DNA of 32,000 nucleotides from Gemmata obscuriglobus (GTDB taxonomy: Bacteria > Planctomycetota > Planctomycetia > Gemmatales > Gemmataceae), in assembly GCF_008065095.1 (NCBI RefSeq), contig NZ_CP042911.1, positions 960,001 to 992,000 of the forward strand, read 5' to 3'. Positions 20,934 to 29,186 of the stretch are shown in pieces. The translations under genes were made by a program, and so were the position numbers. The number at the start of each line of letters is the position of its first letter. Position 1 is the first letter of the stretch. The notes under the pieces were generated by a model. The model saw only the letters and a program-made list of their open reading frames with translations. It ran no database searches and was not told the DNA's origin.

Positions 20934-21617
20934 ATGATCCGGTTACTGGTGTGCGGGGCGGCGGTGGCGGCGGTCGCGGTGCTGGGGCGGGGCGAGGAGC
21001 CGAAGCCGGCCCGGTTCGACTACACGGTGCGCGAGGACATGTTCAAGGCGCTGGGCGGCGACGACAAGGCGCTGGCCCGCGGCCTGAAGGCGTGCGACGA
21101 CGCCCTGGCCAAGAACCCGAAGCACGCCGAGGCGCTCGTGTGGCGCGGGGTCGGCACCATGCGCGAGGCGACCAAGCACTTCCAGAACAAGGACAACGGG
21201 AAGGGCCTCAACTCCTGGCTTCAGGCGCTCAGGGAGATGGACGAGGCGGTCAAGCTGGAGCCGAAGAACCTGGGCGTGCGCATCCCGCGCGGGGTGGTGT
21301 ACATCACCGCGTCGCGGCAGGCCCCGGAGAGCCAGCAGAAGCGCCTGCTCGCCGCGGCCAAGGAGGATATGGAGTTCGTGCTGTCGCAGTACCCGGGCGA
21401 GGCGCTCAAGAAGGTGAGCGACCACCGCCGCGGGGAACTGCTGTTCGCGCTGGCCGAGATCGCCCGCCGCACCGGCGACGAGGAGACCGCCACCAAGCAC
21501 CTGAAGCAACTGTCCGAGCTGACCCCGGACAGCCGGTGGGGCAAGGACGCCAAGACGTGGCTCGCCGACCCGAAGGTCAAGACCCGCTCGTGCGTCGGGT
21601 GCCACGGCGGCGAGTGA
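20934..21617 (+). CDS. Secreted helical-repeat (TPR-like) protein ending in a CxxCH motif
   Basis: ATG at 20934 has AAGGAG 5 nt upstream. The signal-peptide-like N-terminus reads MIRLLVCGAAVAAVAVLG. The body is alpha-helical and repeat-like. The last 10 residues are RSCVGCHGGE. Confidence 0.75.
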   Translation: MIRLLVCGAAVAAVAVLGRGEEPKPARFDYTVREDMFKALGGDDKALARGLKACDDALAKNPKHAEALVWRGVGTMREATKHFQNKDNGKGLNSWLQALREMDEAVKLEPKNLGVRIPRGVVYITASRQAPESQQKRLLAAAKEDMEFVLSQYPGEALKKVSDHRRGELLFALAEIARRTGDEETATKHLKQLSELTPDSRWGKDAKTWLADPKVKTRSCVGCHGGE

Positions 21618-21638
21618 CGTCCGGCCCGCGGCCGCGCT

Positions 21639-24600
21639 TCACTCCGCCGTGGCGCAGCCGGCGGTGCGGGTGGTCACGAAGTACTTCGCGTCCGGGTGGT
21701 GCATCACGATCGCGGTCGTGGACTGCTCCGGTTCGAGCTGGAACTGCTCGCTCAGCGTGATCCCGACGCGGGTCGGGTCGATGAGCGCGAACAGCGGCAC
21801 CTGGTCCTCAAGGTTCGGGCACGCCGGGTACCCGAACGAGTACCGGCACCCGCGGTAGTGGCCCTTGAACAGCTTCTGAACCACCGGCGAGTCGTCCCCA
21901 CCGATGCCCCACTCGCGCCGGAGCTGCTGGTGGAAGTATTCCGCCAGCGCTTCCGCCGACTCGACGCCCAGCCCGTGCAGGAACATGTAGTCCTGGTAGC
22001 GGTTCGCGTTGTACCACTCCTGCGCGACGCGGGTGACCTCGCGGCCCATCGTCACCGCCATGAATCCGACGTGGTCCACGGCTTTGCCGTCGCGGGTCGG
22101 TTCGACGTAGTCCGACAGGCACAGGAACTCGCCGAACTCCTGGCGCGGGAAGTCGAAGGTGTGGCGCGGCGTCTTGTGGTCGTCTTCGTACACCGTGAGT
22201 TTGGTGCCGTCGCTGGACGCGGGGAAGAACCCGTAGGTCACGGCGGGCCGCAGAATGTTCTCCGCGAGGCACTGCGCCTTCAGCCGGGCGAGCGCGGGCT
22301 TCGCCACCTCCTCGATCTGCTTCGCGTACACGGCCGGGTCGACGCCGCCCTTGCGGAAGCCCCACTGGGTGCTGAACAGCGTCAGCTCGTTGACGAACTC
22401 GAACACCTCGTTCATGTCGAAGTCGGTGCGGACCTTCGACCCGAGGAACGGCGGCACGGGCACGTCCGGCGCCTTCGGCAGCGACGGCGACCGCGGCGGC
22501 AGGTCGGCGCGGGGCGTGCGCGGGGCGGTGCGTGCGCGGGGCGCGGGCTCAAGTGCCGCGGTCCCGCCGCTCCCACCGATCTCGCGACCCGCTCGGCTCT
22601 CGACGATTTTCGTAAGTGTGGGGCTGGCCCGGCTGATGTCGTACTTCTTGCGGCGCGCGAGTTCGTCCATCACGTGCAGCCCCTCAAAGGCGTCCGCGCC
22701 GTAAAAGACCTCGCCCTTGTAGATCGACCGCAGGTCCTGCTCCACGTACCGCCGGTTCAGCGCCGCGCCGCCGAGGATCACGGGGGGGGCCAGGCCGCGC
22801 TCGTTGAGCGTGACCAGGTCTTCCTTCATGATGACGGTGGACTTCACCAGCAGCCCGCTCATGCCGATGGCGTCCGCCTTGTGCTCCTTGAACGCGGAGA
22901 TCATCGCGTCCACCGGCTGCTTGATGCCGAGGTTGTACACCTTGTAGCCGTTGTTCGTGAGGATGATGTCCACGAGGTTCTTGCCGATGTCGTGAACGTC
23001 CCCCTTTACGGTCGCGAGGACGATCTTGCCCTTCTCCGCGCCCTCCACCTTCTCCATGAACTGTTCGAGGTACGCGACCGCGGCCTTCATCACCTCGGCG
23101 GACTGCAGCACGAACGGGAGCTGCATCTGGCCGCTGCCGAACAGGTCGCCGACCACCTTCATCCCGTCGAGCAGGACGTTGTTGATGATGTCGATGGGCG
23201 AGTGCTTCGCGCGGGCCGCGTCGAGGTCCGCGACGAGCGACTCCCGGCGCCCCTGGATGATCGCCTGGCGCAGCCGCTCCTCGGCCGTGTCGCCGAGCGA
23301 CTGCGACTTCTTGCTCTCGACCTTTTTGTCCGCGTAGTGAGCAATGAGCAGTTGCAGCGGGTCTTCCACGCAGTTGCCCGCCGCGTCGAACACCCGCTCG
23401 TCGAACAGCAGCCGGCGGCACAGCTCGCGCCCCGTTTCGTCGATGCTCGCCAGCGGCATGATCTTGGCCGCGTGCAGGATCGCGGAGTCGAGGCCGTACT
23501 CGAGCGCGTAGTGCAGGTACATGCTGTTCAGCACCTGCCGGGTGTACGGCGCGAGCCCGAACGAGCAGTTCGACAGGCCGAGGTGCGTGAGCGCGCCCGG
23601 CAGGTTCTGCTTGATGAGCCGCAGGGCCTCGAACGTCGCGATGGCGCTCTTGCGGGTCTGCTCCTGGCCGGTGGACAGCGGGAACACCAGCGTGTCGAAC
23701 ATCAGGTCCGACGGCGGAATGCCGTACTCGTGGACGACGATGTCGTAGATGCGCTTGGCGACCTCGAACTTCCACTCCGCGGTGTCGGCCTGCCCCTTCT
23801 CGTCGATGGTGAGGGCGACGAGCGACGCGCCGTACTTCTTCGCGAGCTTGGTCTTCGGGTCGAGCGTTTTGCGGCCGTCCTCAAGGTTGATGCTGTTGAT
23901 GAGCGCCTTTCCGGAGCACAGCTTCAAGCCGGCCTCGATCACGTTCGACTCGGTGCTGTCGAGCATGATCGGCTTCGTCAGCACCGCGTTGTACCGCTTG
24001 ATGACCTCCTTCATGTCGCGGACGCCGTCGCGGCCGACGTAGTCCACGCACACGTCGAGCACGTGGACGCCCTCGCGCTCCTGCTCGCGGGCCATTTCGA
24101 CGAGCCCGTTCCAGTCGTCTTTCTCGAGTAGCTGCTTGAACTTCTTGGAGCCGTTGGTGTTGGTCCGCTCGCCGACGAGCAGCGGGCGCTGATCGACCAG
24201 GAGTTCCTGGCTACCTTGGAGGCTCGACACAGCCGGGACGTACACGGGGGTGCGCTTCGCCGGGGCTTTCCCGTGCAACCGGTCGCACACGGCTTTCAGG
24301 TGCGCGTGGGTTGTGCCGCAGCACCCGCCGATGATGTTCGCGCCGTGCTCGGTGACGAACCGCTCTTGCCACTTGGCGAACCCCTCGGGGTCGAGCGGGA
24401 AATAGGTCTCGTCGCCCCGCGTTTCGGGCATGCCGGCGTTCGGGAGCACGCTGAGCAGCTTTCGGCTGTGGCGGCTCAGGTGGCGCACGTCCTCGTCCAT
24501 CCAGTCCGGGCCAACCCCGCAGTTCATGCCGAGAACGTCGATCTCGTCGATCGGGTCGAGTGTGACCAACCCGGTTGCGATGTCAGTGCCGGGCAGCATC

Positions 24601-25235
24601 TTCTTGTTTTCGTTGATGATGGTGAGCTGCACCATCAGCGGGAGCCGCACCCCAGCCCGCTTCATCTCCTCGATCGCCGCAACCGCGGCGCACTTCGCTT
24701 CGAGAATGTCGAAGCACGTCTCGATAAGGATCGCGTCGACCCGCTCCTCGATCATTACCCGAAACTGGGTGCGGTAGGCATCGGCCAGCGAGTCGAAGTC
24801 GATGTAAATGGCCGGGTCGGTCAGCGACGGCATCTTGGTGCCGGGGCCGACGCTGCCGATCACGAACCGCGGCCGGTCGGCGGTGGCGAACTCGGCGGCC
24901 ACTTCCTTCGCGAGCCGGATGTTCAGCCGGTTGATCTCGTCGAGCTGGTCGGCCATGCCGAACTCGCCGAGGCCGATCGCGTTCGCGTTGAAGGTGTTGG
25001 TCTCGACCCCGTCGCACCCGGCGGCGAAGAACCCGCGGTGGATCTCGCGGATCCAGTCGGGGTGCGTGTACACCAGCGCGTCCGACAGGTTCATCAACGA
25101 CTTGCCGGCGGACGAGTAGCCCCAGTCCTTCTCCGTCGGCTTGTACTTGTGGAGGCTGGTGCCCATCCCGCCGTCGAGGATGGCGACGCGCTCGCGAGCG
25201 AGGTCGAGGAACGGGTGGCGGAAGGAGCTCGGCAT
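21639..25235 (-). CDS. metH: Cobalamin-dependent methionine synthase
   Basis: All four modules are present. The Hcy-binding module has NCGVGP and IIGGCCGTTHAH zinc ligands. The pterin-binding module follows. The B12-binding module has GDVHDIGKN (DxHxxG). The AdoMet activation domain has RYSFGYPACP. Length is 1198 aa, starting at ATG 25233-25235. Confidence 0.97.
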   Translation of the reverse strand: MPSSFRHPFLDLARERVAILDGGMGTSLHKYKPTEKDWGYSSAGKSLMNLSDALVYTHPDWIREIHRGFFAAGCDGVETNTFNANAIGLGEFGMADQLDEINRLNIRLAKEVAAEFATADRPRFVIGSVGPGTKMPSLTDPAIYIDFDSLADAYRTQFRVMIEERVDAILIETCFDILEAKCAAVAAIEEMKRAGVRLPLMVQLTIINENKKMLPGTDIATGLVTLDPIDEIDVLGMNCGVGPDWMDEDVRHLSRHSRKLLSVLPNAGMPETRGDETYFPLDPEGFAKWQERFVTEHGANIIGGCCGTTHAHLKAVCDRLHGKAPAKRTPVYVPAVSSLQGSQELLVDQRPLLVGERTNTNGSKKFKQLLEKDDWNGLVEMAREQEREGVHVLDVCVDYVGRDGVRDMKEVIKRYNAVLTKPIMLDSTESNVIEAGLKLCSGKALINSINLEDGRKTLDPKTKLAKKYGASLVALTIDEKGQADTAEWKFEVAKRIYDIVVHEYGIPPSDLMFDTLVFPLSTGQEQTRKSAIATFEALRLIKQNLPGALTHLGLSNCSFGLAPYTRQVLNSMYLHYALEYGLDSAILHAAKIMPLASIDETGRELCRRLLFDERVFDAAGNCVEDPLQLLIAHYADKKVESKKSQSLGDTAEERLRQAIIQGRRESLVADLDAARAKHSPIDIINNVLLDGMKVVGDLFGSGQMQLPFVLQSAEVMKAAVAYLEQFMEKVEGAEKGKIVLATVKGDVHDIGKNLVDIILTNNGYKVYNLGIKQPVDAMISAFKEHKADAIGMSGLLVKSTVIMKEDLVTLNERGLAPPVILGGAALNRRYVEQDLRSIYKGEVFYGADAFEGLHVMDELARRKKYDISRASPTLTKIVESRAGREIGGSGGTAALEPAPRARTAPRTPRADLPPRSPSLPKAPDVPVPPFLGSKVRTDFDMNEVFEFVNELTLFSTQWGFRKGGVDPAVYAKQIEEVAKPALARLKAQCLAENILRPAVTYGFFPASSDGTKLTVYEDDHKTPRHTFDFPRQEFGEFLCLSDYVEPTRDGKAVDHVGFMAVTMGREVTRVAQEWYNANRYQDYMFLHGLGVESAEALAEYFHQQLRREWGIGGDDSPVVQKLFKGHYRGCRYSFGYPACPNLEDQVPLFALIDPTRVGITLSEQFQLEPEQSTTAIVMHHPDAKYFVTTRTAGCATAE

Positions 25236-25360
25236 TGGGGCGCCTGTTGGTGCTCAGGGTGCGTGTGTGGCTGTTATACCGAATTGAAGTCGCAAGTCTT
25301 AACGTCCGCAAGGCGGAACCGCGGACCGGCCGGAATTTAAATGCAGCTTGCGACCCGATC

Positions 25361-25406
25361 AAAAAGTGAGCGGCCGACTCGCACCGTCCGTGGGCGAGTC
25401 GGCCGC
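25361..25406 (-). terminator. Canonical intrinsic terminator on the minus strand, 126 nt upstream of the metH ATG
   Basis: On the minus strand, GCGGCCGACTCGC-(11-nt loop)-GCGAGTCGGCCGC forms a 13-bp perfect stem and is followed by TCACTTTTTG. Plus-strand arms are 25370-25382 and 25394-25406, with AAAAA at 25361-25365. No CDS lies upstream on this strand. Confidence 0.6.
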
Positions 25407-26596
25407 GACCTGCCGTGGCGTCCGTGCCACAGGCCGCACGCCGGTCCGGTTCGGGTTTCAACGGCCCTTCGCAGCGGGGCGGGGAAGCGTGTCCGCCCCG
25501 GGCGTCGTCCCTAACACCACTCCCGGCGCGATCCTTGCGGCGGGTGCGAAGGGCCTCGAACCGGCCCGGTTGCCGTGCGTCGTAACGACGAAGCCCCCGC
25601 TCACGGCGCGCAGAGCCGTGAACAAAACAAGGGTCGCCGTGTGTCTCGTTGACTTGGCCCGCCGGAGCGATAGGCGGGGGAATGCCGCGGCCGTTCGCCG
25701 CGACCGCCGCTAACGGGCGGTCGCGAAACGTAAGCCGGGGCTGGTTCTCCGACGCGGAAGCGGTGACTTGGACAGAGGCGTTCGTCGGGTAACGATCATC
25801 CCGATTCCTCGCGTCGGTTGCGTCTCGGTCATGGGGGGAACGATACCCGCTGAGCCGATTGTGTCAACGGGGAAGCCACTGCCAACGCGATGTCAGTGGC
25901 GAAAATTGAAAAACGCTGAAGTTCCCAGCACTTCACGCCGACGCGCGGTTCGCGACCTGCGTGAGTCAAGGGGTCGCGGGCGTGAGGACCCGCGACCGTG
26001 CTGGTCTCTCTCTAGGAGGCGTAATTCGTTGCGGGAAAGTGATTTGGAAAGCCGGGAACGGATCGGGGAAGGGGGAGAGCAGAAAAAAACGAATGTCCCG
26101 AAAAAGAAAACGCCTCCGCCTGTGCCGTGTGCGCCGCCGGTTGGGAACCCGCTATTGAGAAGGGAACCTCGCCCGAGCGTGAGCGGATCCCACTACAATC
26201 CCGGCCGAAACCGGGGATGGGCTTGCGCGCGGCTCGAGCCTTAAAATAAAGGCTCCCAAGCAGGTTAGTGTAGGTTCGCCAATTGAATGCGACGCATCAC
26301 GAACACCGCAGAGGCGAACTCATAATACCCTCAGGGCGCGAGCGAATCAAACCGAGTGTCTGCGCGGCGCCGAGGTCGAAGGGGCGAAAAACAGACAACC
26401 AACGGATCGTATCGATCTGCCGGACCCGTTGCGCCCGTCGGAGCGGGCCGGCGGGCGCTCGTGCCGCGAACCGCGGGGCGGACGAGTTAGGGGTTGGGGC
26501 GGCGCCTCGTCCCTATAACAACTCGGGCGCACGCTCCTCTCCCCGCGTTCGCGCATCCCCGCTGAAGTGACCGGGCCGCCTACGGAACGTCCCCCC

Positions 26597-28036
26597 ATGT
26601 CCAACCACGTGCGCACCCCACGCGAAGTCCTGGCGCTGCTCCGCGAGCGCGAGGTGAAGGCCGTCGACTTCCGGTTCATGGACTTCCCGGGGCTGTGGAA
26701 GCACTTCACCGTGCCCGCCGAGGTGCTCGACGAGAACGCGTTCGAGGACGGCATCGGGTTCGACGGGTCCAGCATCCGCGGGTGGGTCGCGATCAACGAG
26801 TCCGACATGCTGCTGATGCCGCAGCCGGACACGCTGTTCATCGACCCGTTCTGCAAGGACATCACCCTGGCGATGCTGTGCAACATCCAGGACCCGCTCA
26901 CGAAGGAGGACTACTCGCGGGACCCGCGGAACGTGGCCCGCAAGGCCGTGAACTACATGAAGTCCACCGGCGTGGCGGACGCCGCGATGTTCGGGCCGTC
27001 GCTCGAGTTCTTCGTGTTCGACGACGTGAAGTTCGACCAGACCCCGCACTCCGCGTTCTACTACGTGGACTCGGGCGAGGGGCAGTGGAACACGGGCCGC
27101 GACGAGCGCCCGAACCTGGGGTACAAGATCCCGTACAAGCAGGGGTACTTCCCGTGCCCCCCGCAGGACGCGCTGCACGACCTGCGCAGCGAGATGATGC
27201 TGGCGATGATGCAGTGCGGGATGACGGTGGAGAGCCACCACCACGAGAAGGCCAGCGGCGGCCAGTGCGCGATCAACGTGCGGTACGACGACCTCGTCGC
27301 GATGGCCGACAACGTGCTGAAGTACAAGTACGTCGTGAAGAACGTCGCCCGGCGGCACGGCAAGGCCGCGTCGTTCATGCCCAAGCCGCTGTTCGAGGAC
27401 TACGGCAGCGGGATGCACGTCCACGTGTCGCTGTGGAAGGACAAGGGCGGCGACCGCGTGAACCTGTTCGCCGGGAGCGACTACTCGGGCCTCTCGGACA
27501 CGGCCATGTACGCGCTGGGCGGGCTGCTGAAGCACGCCCCGGCGCTGTGCGCCATCACCAACCCCACCACCAACAGCTACAAGCGGCTGGTGCCCGGGTA
27601 CGAGGCGCCGGTGAACCTCGCGTACAGCCAGCGGAACCGGTCCGCGGCGGTCCGCATCCCGGTGTACTCGTCGCGGGCGAAGTCGAAGCGGCTCGAGTTC
27701 CGCATCCCGGACGGGGCCGCCAACCCGTACCTCGCGTTCGCCGCGATGCTGATGGCGATGCTCGACGGCGTCCGCAACAAGACGCACCCCGGCGAGCCGC
27801 TGGACAAGGACATTTACGACATGCCGGCGGAGCAGTTGCAGAACGTCCCCAAGACCCCCTGCACGCTCGACGAGGCGCTCACCGCGCTGGAGCGGGACCA
27901 CGACTTCCTGCTGCACGGCAGCGTGTTCACCGAGGACGTGATCGAGACGTGGATCGACTACAAGCGGCGGACGGAGGTGTCCGCGATCCGCGTGCGGCCG
28001 CACCCCTACGAGTTCGCGCTGTACTTCGATAGCTGA
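26597..28036 (+). CDS. glnA: Glutamine synthetase, type I
   Basis: Start MSNHVRTPREVLALLREREVKAVDFRF uses ATG at 26597, preferred over GTG at 26567. Motifs include FDGSSIRGW, KPLFEDYGSGMHVHVSLW and NSYKRLVPGYEAP. A conserved Tyr sits in DKDIYDMP, the adenylylation-loop position. Confidence 0.96.
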   Translation: MSNHVRTPREVLALLREREVKAVDFRFMDFPGLWKHFTVPAEVLDENAFEDGIGFDGSSIRGWVAINESDMLLMPQPDTLFIDPFCKDITLAMLCNIQDPLTKEDYSRDPRNVARKAVNYMKSTGVADAAMFGPSLEFFVFDDVKFDQTPHSAFYYVDSGEGQWNTGRDERPNLGYKIPYKQGYFPCPPQDALHDLRSEMMLAMMQCGMTVESHHHEKASGGQCAINVRYDDLVAMADNVLKYKYVVKNVARRHGKAASFMPKPLFEDYGSGMHVHVSLWKDKGGDRVNLFAGSDYSGLSDTAMYALGGLLKHAPALCAITNPTTNSYKRLVPGYEAPVNLAYSQRNRSAAVRIPVYSSRAKSKRLEFRIPDGAANPYLAFAAMLMAMLDGVRNKTHPGEPLDKDIYDMPAEQLQNVPKTPCTLDEALTALERDHDFLLHGSVFTEDVIETWIDYKRRTEVSAIRVRPHPYEFALYFDS

Positions 28037-28196
28037 CCGCGCGCCGGCTGAGACAAAAGCAGATCGCGCGCCGGGCACAATTTTTCGCGGCGCGTGAACT
28101 TGGGGTTGAAATGCCGATTTTGCAGCCGTTACACTTCTTAACTCGCTCCGCCGGACACGATGTCCGGCCACGTTGAGTCACGGAGGACGCGCTGCA

Positions 28197-28982
28197 ATGG
28201 CCACCCGCACCAAAGACAAAGAACCCGCCCCGCCGCCCGCCCGCCCGCTGATCGCAGTGAACGCGGACATCGTGGCCCCCAAGAACGGCGCCGCGTTCGC
28301 CAAGGTCAACGTCGGGTACCTCGACGCCATCGTCGCCGCCGGCGGGCTGCCGCTGGTCCTGCCCCCGCTCCGCAAGGACAACCTGGCCGACATCGACGCG
28401 CTGCTGAACCAGTGCGCCGGGATCGTGCTCACCGGCGGCGCGGACATGGACCCGCGCCGCAACGGCCAGCCGCTCACCGCGGTCGTGAACCCGATGCCGG
28501 CCCGCCGCGAGGACGCCGACCGGTACCTGCTGGCCAAGATCTTCGAGCGCAAGATCCCGGTGCTCGGGATCGGCGTCGGGATGCAGCAGCTCAACGTGTT
28601 CGCCGGCGGCACGCTGTACATGCACCTGCCGGCCGACAACCCGAAGGCGCTGCCCCACTTCGACCAGACCGGCGCCCCGCACCGGCACATGGTGCTGATC
28701 GAGGAGAACACCCGGCTCGACGACATCTACGGCACCCAGGAGCTGCGCGTGAACAGCGCGCACCACCAGGCGATCAACCAGATGGGCAAGCGGATGCGGG
28801 TGGCGGCGAAGGCCCCGGACGGGGTCATCGAGGCCATCGAGTCGACCGACCCGAACTGGTTCTGCGTGGGCGTGCAGTGGCACCCCGAGGCGGACACGGC
28901 CAGCGCCCTCGACGTGCAGATCTTCGACTGCTTCGTGCAGGCCGCCGTGCGGAACTCGGACGGCGTGCTGGCCGCGGCGTAA
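28197..28982 (+). CDS. Class I glutamine amidotransferase-like / peptidase C26 (PuuD-like gamma-glutamyl hydrolase family) homologue lacking the nucleophile Cys
   Basis: ATG at 28197 has GGAGGA 9 nt upstream. Motifs are LTGGADMDP, IPVLGIGVGMQQLNV (family consensus G-I-C-R-G-x-Q), HHQAI and GVQWHPE. Confidence 0.85.
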   Translation: MATRTKDKEPAPPPARPLIAVNADIVAPKNGAAFAKVNVGYLDAIVAAGGLPLVLPPLRKDNLADIDALLNQCAGIVLTGGADMDPRRNGQPLTAVVNPMPARREDADRYLLAKIFERKIPVLGIGVGMQQLNVFAGGTLYMHLPADNPKALPHFDQTGAPHRHMVLIEENTRLDDIYGTQELRVNSAHHQAINQMGKRMRVAAKAPDGVIEAIESTDPNWFCVGVQWHPEADTASALDVQIFDCFVQAAVRNSDGVLAAA

Positions 28983-29010
28983 CTCTCATACGTGAACCCG
29001 CAATGGGTGT

Positions 29011-29091
29011 CGCTTTCTTGACGAGCCGCGACCGCCAGGGAGTGGTGCCACGTGTACCGCTCCCTGGCGGTCGCGGCTCGTCAAGAAAGCG
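29011..29091. repeat. 32-bp perfect inverted repeat with a 17-nt centre (further pairs extend it to 29008-29094), 28 nt after the amidotransferase stop
   Basis: Arm 29011-29042 (cgctttcttgacgagccgcgaccgccagggag) is the exact reverse complement of 29060-29091. All 32 pairs were checked. Extra G-C/G-U pairs continue into the loop. Confidence 0.85.
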
Positions 29092-29186
29092 GCAATATTA
29101 CCGGGTACGTGTATCAGTCCCAGGTTCCAGGCCCGAGCACCCGCGCCCCGTTCGTTCGATCAAACCTGGAACCCGGAACCCTCTCG

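Noticed and set aside
25725-25760. A minus-strand GAGAACCAGCCCCGGCTTAC string resembling the RNase P RNA 3' conserved ACAGAACCCGGCTTA.
   Set aside because: No GAGGAAAGTCCGGGC (P4) or other RNase P universal segments occur within 500 nt upstream on that strand.
25875-25900. A GCCACTG string (the B12-box core) within a 7-bp hairpin, raising the possibility of a cobalamin riboswitch near metH.
   Set aside because: The rest of the cobalamin core (AGGGAA...GGTGAAA.TCC...CCCGC.ACTGT) is absent on both strands. The position and orientation do not fit a leader of metH or glnA.
25768-26244. A 158-aa ORF in the metH-glnA gap, including the SD-preceded TTG at 26029.
   Set aside because: The peptide is disordered and Arg/Pro/Lys-rich, and its third-position G/C is far below that of the neighbouring genes. 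I keep it only as a note inside the intergenic-region finding.
15955-29131. A shared 10-mer, ccaggttcca, between the 15945-16049 repeat and the 29117-29131 region. A shared 12-mer, acttgaaacgac, between 12549 and 16045.
   Set aside because: Matches of this length are expected by chance many times in a 32-kb window when both strands are considered.
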